Shown here: in pieces, positions 55,501 through 58,893 of the stretch | Layout: each line of letters starts with the position of its first letter | Position numbering within the stretch: position 1 is the first letter of the stretch | Source: Nitrospirota bacterium | GTDB taxonomy: Bacteria; Nitrospirota; Nitrospiria; 2-01-FULL-66-17 | Direction of reading: 5' to 3' | NCBI GenBank assembly: GCA_049325335.1 | Contig: JBMOMC010000007.1 | Location: 160,001 to 224,000 of the forward strand | Length of the DNA: 64,000 nt | The notes under the pieces: generated by a model | The model's input: the letters and a program-made list of their open reading frames with translations, nothing else | What the model was told of the DNA's origin: nothing | Database searches by the model: none | Program-made: the position numbers and the translations under genes

Positions 55501-58500
55501 CGCGGCCGGCGCCACGTTGTCCACGGGGGCGAACGAGGCTTGATTGCTGTCTGTCGACTCCTGCGTGCCATCATACGCGCGGATCACGTAGTAGTAGGTC
55601 GTGCCGTTGGTCAACCCCGTGTCCGTGTAGGCGGTCGTGGTGTTGTTTAGGATCGTGGTCACGATTGTGTACGGCCCGCCGCTGGTCGTGCTCCGGTACG
55701 CGCGTTGCTGGGTCACGTCCGGCGCGGTCGAGGCCGTCCACGCCAGGTTCAATGCGCCCCCGTTGTCGCTCGGCGTATCCACCGCGGTGACGCCCGTGGG
55801 CGCGGCCGGCGCCAGGTTGTCCACCGGCGCGAACGAGGCCTGGTTGCTGTTGGGGGATTCCACGGCGACATTGACCGCGCGAACAACGTAGTAATACGTG
55901 GTGCCATTGGTCAGCCCGGTATCGGTATATGCCGATGTGGTGTTGTTCCCAATCGTGGTCACCACGGTGTACGGGCCGCCACTGGTGAGCGACCGATAGA
56001 CCCGCTGCTCGCTCACGGTGACGGACGCCGAGGGCGTCCACACCAGGTTGAGCGCGCCCCCGTTATCCGCCGGCACGTCTGTGACACCCAAGCTGGTCGG
56101 GGCCACGGGCGGCGCGTTATCCAGCGGCACCGCGGACGCCTGCGTCGAGTCCACCGACGGCTGCGTCCCATCGAACGCTCTGAGCACGTAGTAATAGGTC
56201 GTCCCGTTGGTCAGGCCCGTGTCCGTGTAGGCCGCGGTCGTGTTATTCGTGAACGTGATCACCACGGTGTACGGCCCACCGCTGGTCGTACTGCGGTACA
56301 CGCGTTGCTCCGTGACATCCGGCGCCGTGGACACGGTCCACGCCAGGTTGATCGCCCCGCCGCTGTCGCTCGGCGTATCCACCGCGCTCACGCCCGTGGG
56401 CGCCGCCGGTATCAGGTTATCCAACGGCGCGAATGAGGCCTGATTGCTGTCCAGAGACAGTTGCGTCCCGTCCCACGCCCGCACCACGTAGTAATACGTG
56501 GTCCCATTGGTCAACCCCGTGTCCGTGTAGGCCGCAGTCGTGTTGTTCGTGAACGTGATCACCACGGTATACGGCCCGCCGCTCGTGGTGCTGCGGTACA
56601 CGCGTTGCTCCGTCACATCCGCCGCCGTGGACGGCGTCCATGCCAGATTCAGCGCCCCGCCGTTATCGCTCGGCGTATCCACCGCACTGAGACCCGTGGG
56701 CGCAACCGGAGCCAGATTATCCAGAGGCGCGGCTGAGGTTTGGACCGAATTTAATGACTCCTGGGTCCCGTCCCACGCCCGCACCACATAGTAGTACGGC
56801 GTCCCGTTGGTCAGCCCGGTGTTGGTGAACGTATTCGTGGTGTTGTTGGTAAACGTCGTGATCACCGTGTACGGGCCGCCGCTCGTAGTCGAGCGATACA
56901 CACGCTGCTGCGTCACGTCGGTCGATATCGAAGGCGTCCAGACCAGATCGAGCGAGCCGCCGTTGTCACTCGGCGTGTCCGTCGCATTGACGCCCGTCGG
57001 CGCTGACGGCGCCAGGTTGTCCAGCGGGGCGGCCGACAATTGGTTGCTGTTGACCGATTCCTGGGTCCCGTCGAACGCTCGTACGACGTAATAGTACATG
57101 GTGCCGTTGGCCAGCCCGGTGTTGGTGTACGTGCTCGTGGTGTTGTTCGTGAACGTGGTGACTACGGTGTACGGTCCGCCGCTGGTGGTGGAACGGTACA
57201 CGCGCTGTTCAGTCACGCCCCCCGCGGTGGATGGGGTCCACGTCAGATTGATCGCGCCGCCGTTGTCGGTTGGCGTGTCCAGCACCGACACGAGCGTGGG
57301 CGCCGACAACAGGGCAAACTGCACCACGAACCAACCCACATCCGCCGTGGCCCCCGAGTCCCCGCGCGTGACCTGGAGATTCGTGGTGGTCGTAAGGTTG
57401 TGTGTGAACGATCCCACCCCGGCGTTGTCGTCGGTGGCGAACGAGGTCCGACCGGCCGCCTGGCCGGTATGGCTCATGTTGGATGCGGAAAACGCGATAC
57501 TGCGGTTCAACACCACCGCGGAGATGGTATTGGGGGCGGTGGTCTGGGTGGTCGTCGTAAAGGTTGTGACTCCGGGTTGCACGGTCGTGCCGTCGGTAAG
57601 TGACACCACAAAATAGCGGATGTCCACCTGTTGCCCGGTGGCGGAGCGATCAAACGTCAACTGATTGGTCGCCGTGATCCGGCCCCGCACCAACTTCTGG
57701 CCGATGTTGGTGCCGGTGCCGGCCGCGGACTGATAGTTAAAAATCAAAAATGATGACGCCAGGTTTACCGCTGTGATCGTGGCCGTAATTGTTGCCGACG
57801 CGGCTGCCAGGGTGGCGGTCCCGGTCTGCACCGTGGCGCCGGAAGTAAACTGCACCACCTGGTACTCCACGGTCTGAGTGATCGCACTCGCAACCGCCGA
57901 GGTCAGTTGGAGGTTCGTGGTGGTGGTCAACGTGCCGCGAACAAAACCAGACCCGTCGAAGGTGCCGCCGGTCCGACGCTCGCTGAGCAACACGAACGAC
58001 TGCGCCAGGTTCACCGCCGTGGGGAGGGTCACGTTGAATGTGGCCGCGCCGTTTTTCGGCGCCGAGCCCCGCTGGACAAAGACCCCGGAGGTAAATTGCG
58101 CCACGTACCACCGGATCGAGATGGACCCAATGGTACCCTGGCGGGTGAAGGTGAGGGTGGTGCTGTTGGTGAGCTGGCCGCTGACCGACCCGCTGTTGGG
58201 CGAGGCCGCGCCCGTCGACGTGGCCTCAAACCACAGGATGCTCTGGCTCGGCACCACAGCGGTGATGGTGACCGGCGCCGCAGTGGTGGTGGCGCCAGCC
58301 GCGATGGTCGCGGTGCCGGTTTGTACGCCGTTGGTGGGGTGTATGGCTGCGCTACGCGCCTGCGGCGGGAACCAGGCCGCGACGATCAGAAGACTGATGA
58401 AGGGAGTGAGTGCTTTGAGTATCGTCCTGTGCACGTCGACGCCTAACCGGATCCGCCCTGCTCCGGCTGCTCTGTCGCTTACCTCGTCACCATGCAGAAT

Positions 58501-58548
58501 CCGGGTTTCCCTACACGGTTCGGCAACATCGTGATACCGGCGCCGCAA
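31516..58548 (-). CDS. Giant (~9,000 aa) secreted repetitive surface protein/adhesin: 4 tail-fibre/lectin-like repeats, ~71 FN3 repeats, FG-GAP propeller, 4 cadherin-like Ig domains
   Basis: Uninterrupted 27-kb ORF. FN3 consensus 'APT.L.A.D.P.D.GG...L.W..S...DV..QR.YRS..SGGPY...NNT...Y.D.GL.NGT.YYY.VRA.D...ES..SN'. Signal-peptide-like segment 'HRTILKALTPFISLLIVAAWFPPQARSA'; the real start may be GTG 58434. Confidence 0.93.
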   Translation of the reverse strand: MRRRYHDVAEPCRETRILHGDEVSDRAAGAGRIRLGVDVHRTILKALTPFISLLIVAAWFPPQARSAAIHPTNGVQTGTATIAAGATTTAAPVTITAVVPSQSILWFEATSTGAASPNSGSVSGQLTNSTTLTFTRQGTIGSISIRWYVAQFTSGVFVQRGSAPKNGAATFNVTLPTAVNLAQSFVLLSERRTGGTFDGSGFVRGTLTTTTNLQLTSAVASAITQTVEYQVVQFTSGATVQTGTATLAAASATITATITAVNLASSFLIFNYQSAAGTGTNIGQKLVRGRITATNQLTFDRSATGQQVDIRYFVVSLTDGTTVQPGVTTFTTTTQTTAPNTISAVVLNRSIAFSASNMSHTGQAAGRTSFATDDNAGVGSFTHNLTTTTNLQVTRGDSGATADVGWFVVQFALLSAPTLVSVLDTPTDNGGAINLTWTPSTAGGVTEQRVYRSTTSGGPYTVVTTFTNNTTSTYTNTGLANGTMYYYVVRAFDGTQESVNSNQLSAAPLDNLAPSAPTGVNATDTPSDNGGSLDLVWTPSISTDVTQQRVYRSTTSGGPYTVITTFTNNTTNTFTNTGLTNGTPYYYVVRAWDGTQESLNSVQTSAAPLDNLAPVAPTGLSAVDTPSDNGGALNLAWTPSTAADVTEQRVYRSTTSGGPYTVVITFTNNTTAAYTDTGLTNGTTYYYVVRAWDGTQLSLDSNQASFAPLDNLIPAAPTGVSAVDTPSDSGGAINLAWTVSTAPDVTEQRVYRSTTSGGPYTVVITFTNNTTAAYTDTGLTNGTTYYYVLRAFDGTQPSVDSTQASAVPLDNAPPVAPTSLGVTDVPADNGGALNLVWTPSASVTVSEQRVYRSLTSGGPYTVVTTIGNNTTSAYTDTGLTNGTTYYYVVRAVNVAVESPNSNQASFAPVDNLAPAAPTGVTAVDTPSDNGGALNLAWTASTAPDVTQQRAYRSTTSGGPYTIVTTILNNTTTAYTDTGLTNGTTYYYVIRAYDGTQESTDSNQASFAPVDNVAPAAPTGAAATDTPSDNGGAIDVVWTVSASTDVTQQRVYRGTTSGGPYTVVTTIMNNTTTTYTDIGLTNGTTYYYVVRAYDGTQESAMSSQASAAPLDNTAPAAPTTLTASDVAGDQGGAIALSWVPSISGDVTSQRVYRSTVSGGPYAVITTIANNTTTTYTDTGLTNGTTYYYVVRAFDGTLESANSNQAAQAPIDNTPPPPPTAPSAGDAGGDNGGAVTLLWTPSTAPDVTQQRVYRSTTSGGPYTVVATILNNTTSTYTDTGLTNGTTYYYVIRAFDGTVESTASAQMAAVPLDDTPPAAPTGLTTVDTPSDNGGALNLAWTVSTALDVTEQRVYRSLAAGGPYSVITTIANNTTTTYTDTGLTNGTPYYYVLRAWDGTQESVNSLESSAAPLDNVAPAAPTALSAADTPSDTGGSITLNWTVSASTDVTQQRVYRSTTSGGPYTVITTIANNTTTTYADTGLTNGTTYYYVVRAFDGTFVSADSNQASAVPFDNTVAAAPTGLSATDVLGDQGGAISLAWTPSISAGVTEQRVYRSTTSGGPYSVVITFTNNTTTAYTNTGLTNGTPYYYVVRAFNGSVESPDSNQASAAPVDNLAPAAPTGLAASDRPADNGGAIDLLWSVSASSDVTEQRIYRSLTSGPYTVITTILNNTTTTYTDTGLTNGTTYYYVIRAYDATQESANSNEANAVPVDNIPAGAPTSLTVVDHPADQGFVLDLAWTPSTAIDAVGQRIYRSLTSGGPYTVVATFANNTTSTYTDTGLSNFTTYYYVVRAFDGTQESPSSNEANAVPLDNLAPTAPTTLNVVDRPADQGFALDLAWTPSNSTDVTQQRIYRSTTSGGPYTVIATIGNNTTTTYTDTGLANGTTYYYILRAFDATQESANSNQASAAPLDNLLPAAPTTLSAVDHAADQGFALDLAWTPSVSTDVVQQRIYRSLTAGGPYTVIATVLNNTTATYADTGLSNFTAYYYMVRAFDATQESANSNEASQTPVDNLAPAAPTSLNAVDHPADQGFEIDLTWTPSVSTDVTQQRLYRSLTTGGPYTVVTTFLNNTTAAFTDTGLTNDTTYYYVVRAFDATQESANSNEDNAAPIDNIASPAPTGLTAVDHPADQGFALDLAWTPSVSIDVVQQRIYRSLTTGGPYTVVATIPNNTTSIYTDAGLANFTAYYYVVRAFDGTQLSPDSNEASSTPVDNIAPNAPTTLTVVDHPADQGFALDLAWTPSTSTDVTQQRIYRSTTSGGPYSVVATIANNTTTTFTDTGLANFTVYYYVIRAYDATQESVNSTQASATPIDNIAPTAPTALTAVDHPLDEGFALDLAWTPSTSTDVTQQRIYRSTTSGGPYTVIVTFLNNTTTTHTDTGLTNGTTYYYVVRAFDATQESANSNQSGAFPIDNIASAAPTALTVVDHPADQGFALDLAWTPSTSIDAVGQRVYRSTTTGGPYTVVATFANNTTATFTDTGLANFTAYYYVVRAYDGTQESPDSNEASATPIDNLAPAAPTALTATDRPADQGFAIDLVWAVSASTDVTQQRIYRSLTPGGPYTVVTTILNNTTTTFTDTGLTNFTPYYYIIRAYDATQESANSNESSATPMDNIAPNAPAAFSVSDHPSDQGFALDLVWTPSISTDVTQQRIYRSLTTGGPYTVITTIANNTTSTYTDTGLANFTTYYYVIRAFDATQESLNSAQASAIPIDNIAPATPTTLTAADHPVDQGFAIDLAWTPSVSTDVTQQRIYRSLTSGGPYSVITTITNNTTATYTDTGLTNGTTYYYMVRAFDATQESANSNEANAVPLDNVGPNPPTSLVVVDHPADQGFSLDLSWTPSNAIDAVGQRVYRSTTTGGPYTVIATIGNNTTAALTDTGLLNFTRYYYIVRAFDGTQESVNSNEASEVPVDNIAPAAPTGLLAVDHPLDQGFSLDLTWTPSVSTDVTQQRLYRSTTSGGPYTVVATFLNNTTASYTDTGLANFTTYYYMIRAYDATQESANSTQTSAVPIDNIPPTAPTGLLAVDHPLDQGFSLDLTWTPSVSTDVTQQRLYRSTTSGGPYTVVVTFFDNTTSSYTDTGLSNFTTYYYIIRAYDATQESANSSQTSAVPIDNLGPEAPTGLLAVDHPADQGFSLDLTWTPSISTDAVGQRIYRSLTSGGPYTVIATIANNTTTVYTDTGLLNFTTYYYIIRAYDGTQESVNSNQTFATPIDNIPPNAPTGVVAVDRPLDQGFAINLAWTVSTSIDVVQQRIYRSTTSGGPYAVIRTFADNTTTAYTDLGLANGVTYYYIIRAFDATQESADSNQTSAVPIDNLPPLGPTGLTAVDTPSDQGGSLDLSWNVNGEADVAGYILYRSTVNGGPYTRVNVALITGTTYRDSGLTNGTTYYYVLTAQDVSGNESLRSNQASAVPLDNVAPVAPVGLVAMDHPADQGDAIDLSWTVSQSPDVTQQRVYRSTVSGGPYTVVATLGAAATTHTDSGLTTGTPYFYMVRAFDGAQESVNSNQATAVPLDNLAPVAPTALAAVDHPNDQGTALDLSWTPSTSSDVTQQRIYRGTAAGGPYVVVATLTGNPQAAYTDNGLIPGTAYYYVVRAWDSANESVNSNQAAGTPLDNLAPDAPTNLTAVDHPADQGGAIDLTWAANTEPDLAGYYVYRATTSGGPYTQITPTAITSAAYTDSTAATGTTHFYVVRAVDTRNNVSGNSNQAVAMALDNLAPAPPTGVIIADRPVDQGDGLILSWSANTESDLAGYHVYRATVSGGPYTRVTTNPLTATTYTDTGLSPGVSYFYVLRAIDIHGNESPASGQVTLAPIDNLAPAAPIGLAVTDHPSDQGTALDLDWTNNPEPDLAGYNVYRASASGGPYTLLNTAGLLTVSRYTDSPLTVNVRYYYVVRAMDVYGNLSAPSLEASGIPLDNTPPAAPTNALAADQPGDQGGVLVLTWTPSVSGDTIEQHVYRSTSSGGPYALIAVLLNNTTTGYTDFGLTNGTTYYYVVRAFDGASESANSNQTQAVPIDNLPPSAPVGVTVTDRPADQGDALIVSWTANTESDLAGYAVYRSGASGGPFTRVNGPLIPAGTTSYTDTGLTRGVTYYYVVRALDQSGNESAPSTETSGTPLDNVPPAAPTGLIVTDHPYDAGTALDLAWAENPEPDIAGYHVYRALASAGPYTRVTTTPVAALTYTDTGLTVNATYYYRITAVDTSDNESAQSAPPVSGVPLPDITPPAQVTNFVASDGEPARVTLTWTHPADLDLTQVVVKRRSGSYPTSHLDGVTVYDNPAAVPGRNAAFSDGGLRAGTYYYAVYSRDAIGNWNDLTTPGANADTGTPIAVPFNRMTIELGSDADVTFNGVLNGDQSGFAVASDGDINADTIGDVAIGAENAGTPVPCPAEFGTATDCPRGEVRVVFGSSTLPSIFEPTAADVVITGSNPGDRLGTATANAGDLDGDGVADLVIGARQADRVYPPPTNTGNEGRVYVFFSRSSYPSPVTADDADLIIGGPSLGGEAGSYVSTEGDLNGDGINDLVIGAPKANGGNGAVYVVFGRAAWASCRTTPCALDLSTAADVTIIGYRNAQFDQAAPGAGRIAAGGDINGDNFSDIVIGSSGFSPLSRAAAGATFVILGRPTLPVVIDLQTSADIKIYGATAGDQFGSSVAVSGDVDGDGLADVAIGAQQADPSGRTNAGRVYVFTGNGSYTACQTTPCVIDLASSAADMVINGIVPGDQLAKANALDTAGDVDGDGIDDIVIGALLGDPAARTNAGQAYAVFGRNPLPSVVELGTEADVTMNGVLPGDATGYSVSSGSSIKGRACDSGSDILIGANGADPSGRVDAGQTYAVYGPFRQLPPVLTVIGDLTVNEGNSSAVTITACDPNNDPIAFSMSPPLTFASFVDNGNGTATLTLTPGFADAGLYTVTVTASDNGLPPLTDSETFTIRILNVNRPPVLNPIGDQIVNEGTTTDVVITATDADGGPLVFAVLNLPAFATFTDNGNGTALLRLAPGYADSGVYPGVTVSVSDSESSPAFDSEVFSVTVTNVNRVPVLSPIANPVLDEGTIVDIPITAGDPDGDALTVSATNLPAFASLLPTGNGTGLLHLAPNYTHAGTYPSVVITVQDNGNPILSASQTITITVNDVNRPPVLTPIGDLTVNEGATNGVPLTASDPDGNTVTLSATGLPAFAVLTPTGNGTATLTLAPGYGTAGVYAGVTVIATDNGTPTLTANETFRIIVLDVPPAAPTGLIAADHPADQGGAIDLAWNANTEVDLAGYHVYRRTSTLAPYVRVTAAYVVTTTYTDTRLTNGVAYEYVIRAVDQSNQEGPASASATATPVDNLAPAAPTGLLAVPGPELAGGTAVLTWNANVEPDVIGYNVYRALASAGPYTQVTGSAVTATTYTDTGLTNGTLYYYQVRALDGTNESPASNTASVTPVDRIPPAAPTGVSAVDRPADQGGAIIVAWSANNEPDLAGYRVYRAPSSSGAFALLTPTLLTGTTFTDTGLVNNVAVFYVVRSVDTSGNESADSLEVSATPLDNIAPIAPTGLVVTDHPADQGGSLDLAWVASASTDVTGYHVYRSTTSGGPYTQVTTSALTVTSYTDGGLTNGLTYFYVVRALDSANQSANSNQSSGIPLDNVGPSAPTGVSVVDRPADQGGALVIAWAANGESDLAGYHVLRGPAAGGPFTQVNGAVIVGTTYTDTGLTNGTTYFYVVRAVDTSANQSANSAVVSAAPVDDGFPVAPINVTASDRPSDEGGAINITWTANTEPDLAGYNLYRGTIAGGPYVRLNGALLTGTSTVDTAGLSNGTRYYYVLRAVDTATNEGAASSETSAIPLDNLAPLAPTGLTAADRPADAGGAIELSWSPSTSTDVVGYQVWRGTAAGGPYNALTPAVAVTTFTDTGLNNGTTYYYRVRALDGVNQSADSDEASASPVNDIGAPSRPVGLTAADVPADNGGAVVLNWTANTEPNLSGYNLYRGATSGGPYSTVVNAGLITGTTYTDLGLANGVTVYYVLTAVNTSLSESAPSFQAFAAPLDNVAPTPPTGVTATDTPGDQGTALTISWTASVSGDVTGYHVYRALVSGGPYTRINAALVTATTYLDQGLVLGTPYYYMVRAFDGTNEGANSLEAVGTPLDNLAPAAPTSVAAVDRPLDQGGAVNLTWTPSVSSDVSAQHVYRATTSGGPYTQITSITNNSSTTLTDTGLTNGTTYYYVLRAFDGTQESVNSNQASAAPADNMAPPQVVNFSASDNAPLGSTLSWTNPNVADLGEVLIKRRTGSYPTGHLDGAAATVYTTTSPVIGGSVSISDTGLTAGVTYYYAVFSRDLTGNWNDAVTAGSNADTATPASAPDTTPPAVPTGLTAADRPTDQGSVLDLAWTANTEPDLAGYHVYRALASGGPYTRVTLALLAASPFQDSGLVNGTVYFYGVTAVDAAGNESARSAPASAAPIDNMPPAAPNAVTATDHPADQGGAIDLTWAVSVSADVIAQRVYRSTSSGGPYAVVLTLTDNTTNSVTDTGVTTGVTYYYVLRAFDGTSESLNSSQTFAAPLDNIAPPQVSNFGASDGASTQSTLSWTNPIASDLAEVLVKRKTGSYPAGHADSAAATVYSNASAASGGSVNIVDTGLTNGTVYFYAVYARDQAGNWNDTTTAGLNADTALPQGAGAAPLPPTALSGADVPLDNGGSVTLNWTPSTSVTVTQQRVYRSVVSGFSYVLVQTFMNQTTSTWTDSGLVNGTTYYYVVRAFDGALESPNSNEAAATPLDNIPPSAPTVLAAQDRPADLGGAVSLTWVLSSSPDVSQYRVLRAGTSGGPYTLAGSTAGTATAFIDSGLTNGTTYYYVVRAWDGTFESPMSAEASAVPRSNAAEYLHQETSAVDSLYRRLKQDAPGTNGDPISSLASYQTINLANEVPGSFFIEAFETQSNDPGGAVTIPAGSVFRVMLYMDKTTDLSGSGVLYPRASVSRVDASAVRTTVCVADDATNPGLAPLTAAITALTFNCLNTSPVTLAVTDRLWLWTGVRLSTSPTINVSARLFVEGTVSSPPAYQSRLTIPWNETTPPSAPSGLAAADYPNDNGDAVDLSWTGVPDPDVAGYVLYRSTINGGPYTRVNTYPSLITSYTDRGLTAGTVYYYVVRSYDTSGNESSNSNQASVTPLDTVPPPAVLDFAAGDGADSGSTLSWTNPFDPTLAQVLVARRIGAYPTGHADPSAIVAYNSTSPASGGSVSVFDTGLVNGTTYFYAVYTRDTAGNWNDATTPAGNADTAVPSGFAPAAPTGVTAADRPADEGGAITLNWTPSAAPGIIEQRAFRSTSNGGPYTLIATLAGNTTASYLDIGLVNGVTYFYVVRAWNGTQESGDSNQASAAPLDNSAPAAPTGLNVVDTPADNGTALNLSWTPSTSLDVVQQRIYRATTSGGPYAQVQGVGAAASTYTDTGLTPGTTYYYVVRAFDGSQESADSNEDSAAPFNDVFVAAPTGLTAADAPSDTGTALSLSWTPSVTTTVTEQRLYRSLTSGGPYSVVATITNNTTSSYVDAGLTAGTAYYYVIRAWNGLAESGNSGETSSAPIDNRAPTNVTATDTPGDQGGSIDLSWTPSPMPGLIEQRVYRSTTSGGPYTVILTIPNNTTGSAVNTGLATGTRYYYVIRAFNGTVESANSVETSAIPLDNIAPAAPTFPTAADTPADNGGAIDLTWTVSTSTDVTAQRIYRSTTSGGPYTQVFAIPNNTTTTYTDLALVNGVTFYYVLRAFDGSNESPNSAQVAASPLDNIAPAAPTTLAASDVPADNGGVLALTWTPSTSPDVTQQRLYRGTVSGGPYTVVATIPNNIVSGYTDSGLVNGVAYFYVVRAFDATQESLNSNQASASPLDNIAPAAPTGLSATDVLADNGGAVSLIWTPSTSSDVTAQRIYRSTTGGGPYSLLATITNNTATSYTDTGLVNGVTYFYILRAFDGTNESSDSNQSSAAPVDNLAPAAPTGVSAADTPADQGGALTLTWTVSSASDVIQQRIYRSTTSGGPYTVVATITNNSTSTFTDTGLTNGTLYFYILRTFDATQESVNSTQVSAVPDDDLAPAAPTTLSAVDTPGDAGGAVNLAWTVSSATDVTQQRIYRSTTSGGPYSVIATILNNTTSTLTDTGLTNGTTYYYVVRAYDATQESGNSNQAFAVPLNNLAPNPPTGLSAADVGGDNGGAVSLLWTPSTSGGITQQRVYRSTTSGGPYSVIATILNNTTSTLTDTGLTNGTTYYYVLRVFDGSLESGNSNQALATPADNLAPAAPTGVSAADVVADQGGAIVLTWTVSSAPDVTQQRVYRSTTSGGPYTVITTIANNTTSTYTDTGLTNGTTYYYVVRAYDGTQESPDSNQASAVPMDNTPPSGLSATDVLADNGGALSLAWTPSPASGVTQQRVYRSTTSGGPYTVITTILNNTTGTLTDTGLTNGTTYYYVVRAYNGITESANSNQAFATPADNLAPAAPTSVSAADVLADQGGAIVLNWAVSTAPDVTQQRIYRSTTSGGPYTVIATIAGNTTTTVTDTGLTNGITYYYVLRAFDGSLESGNSNQASASPADNIVPTAPTGLTAADTPGNGGAINLAWTLSTAPDVIQQRVYRSTVSGGPYSVVTTFTNNTTTTYTDTGLANGTTYYYVIRAFDGTQESVNSNEALAAPINDSPVATLTITSRPQALQGSATSGPVSFTALDAGSNPVTGTATLSSTSPTMSFSTNGIIFGATSVSFTDGSGLFYVRDTGATSTTPSVATVTLTANAVNARQTETINVAGSGLAGRVALFQVDVSPMTVPATLPQTLTLRHWVLDQDGNPVTTLTATSFPSANVTIRNTRTAANLTNGTNFTVGATVTNVGGGVYARTITLNAGAPVVSGDLLIVTTRLLDATATDNQRLEASAAFNYGAGTPTGHRHVSVQPSTVTILGSGAAVPSATIRVRFYDQSGALFNGGAGTFTLNRWRDSAGATETVGSITSNYSTVNNEYTVTLSTISGMTANARQYVILSYTVGGILYRIPFSFVAVNPNTGHVIANPMFYNDPNVFP
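32650..57310 (-). repeat. Intragenic ~300-nt tandem repeats encoding FN3 domains (interrupted by non-FN3 inserts)
   Basis: Sequence lines 300 nt apart are near-identical, e.g. 49381 vs 49681, 56221 vs 56521 and 33901 vs 34201. Confidence 0.95.
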
Positions 58549-58834
58549 GGAACAACCCGCTCACACGCTACAATTACGGAAACGTTATAAAAAGACATTC
58601 GACCGGTTATAGAGGAAGCAAGATTCGGGGCACTCGCCCATTTAATCATCGGCTTTTGTCCGCCTGCTACGTGAAGAGAATCCCTGACAGCCGTTTTTAA
58701 GACGGATTTCCAAGGGTTAGAGGCAAACTACCCCTTACTTAAGACCGAGACTAAAGCCGAAACATTCTGGTAAGTGGAGAATAAAAAAACCAGGGGAAAT
58801 CGCGACAATAGGAGAATTAGGACATAGTTGGGAC

Positions 58835-58868
58835 AAAAAAACGGGAGGCCCGTTTCCGGGCCCCCCGT
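58835..58868 (-). terminator. Rho-independent terminator after the cytochrome c cluster
   Basis: Minus-strand RNA reads ACGGGGGGCCCG-GAAA-CGGGCCUCCCGU followed by a U-run. The single mismatch is a G.U pair only in this orientation. Confidence 0.9.
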
Positions 58869-58893
58869 GGGCACTCAATTCGGTTCGACTAGG

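Noticed and set aside
32650..57310. CRISPR array or non-coding tandem repeat
   Set aside because: The period is ~300 nt, in frame, with synonymous-type variation; there is no repeat-spacer structure and no cas genes.
57355..57370. RGD motif in the giant protein tip
   Set aside because: A single tripeptide in 9,000 aa is expected by chance and is not conserved in the sister repeats.
31940..58534. Many long plus-strand ORFs (e.g. 33721-36099, 36268-38313, 43279-45342, 50365-52392)
   Set aside because: They are antisense shadows of the GC-rich repetitive giant gene, with Arg/Val-rich translations and no recognisable motifs.
58615..58635. sigma54 promoter for the giant gene (TGCCCCGAATCTTGCT on the minus strand)
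   Set aside because: The invariant -24 GG is absent.
58715..58775. c-di-GMP-I riboswitch-like words (GGCAAAC...GACTAAAGCC)
   Set aside because: They are on the strand opposite the giant gene, and the GNRA-capped P2 stem cannot be formed.
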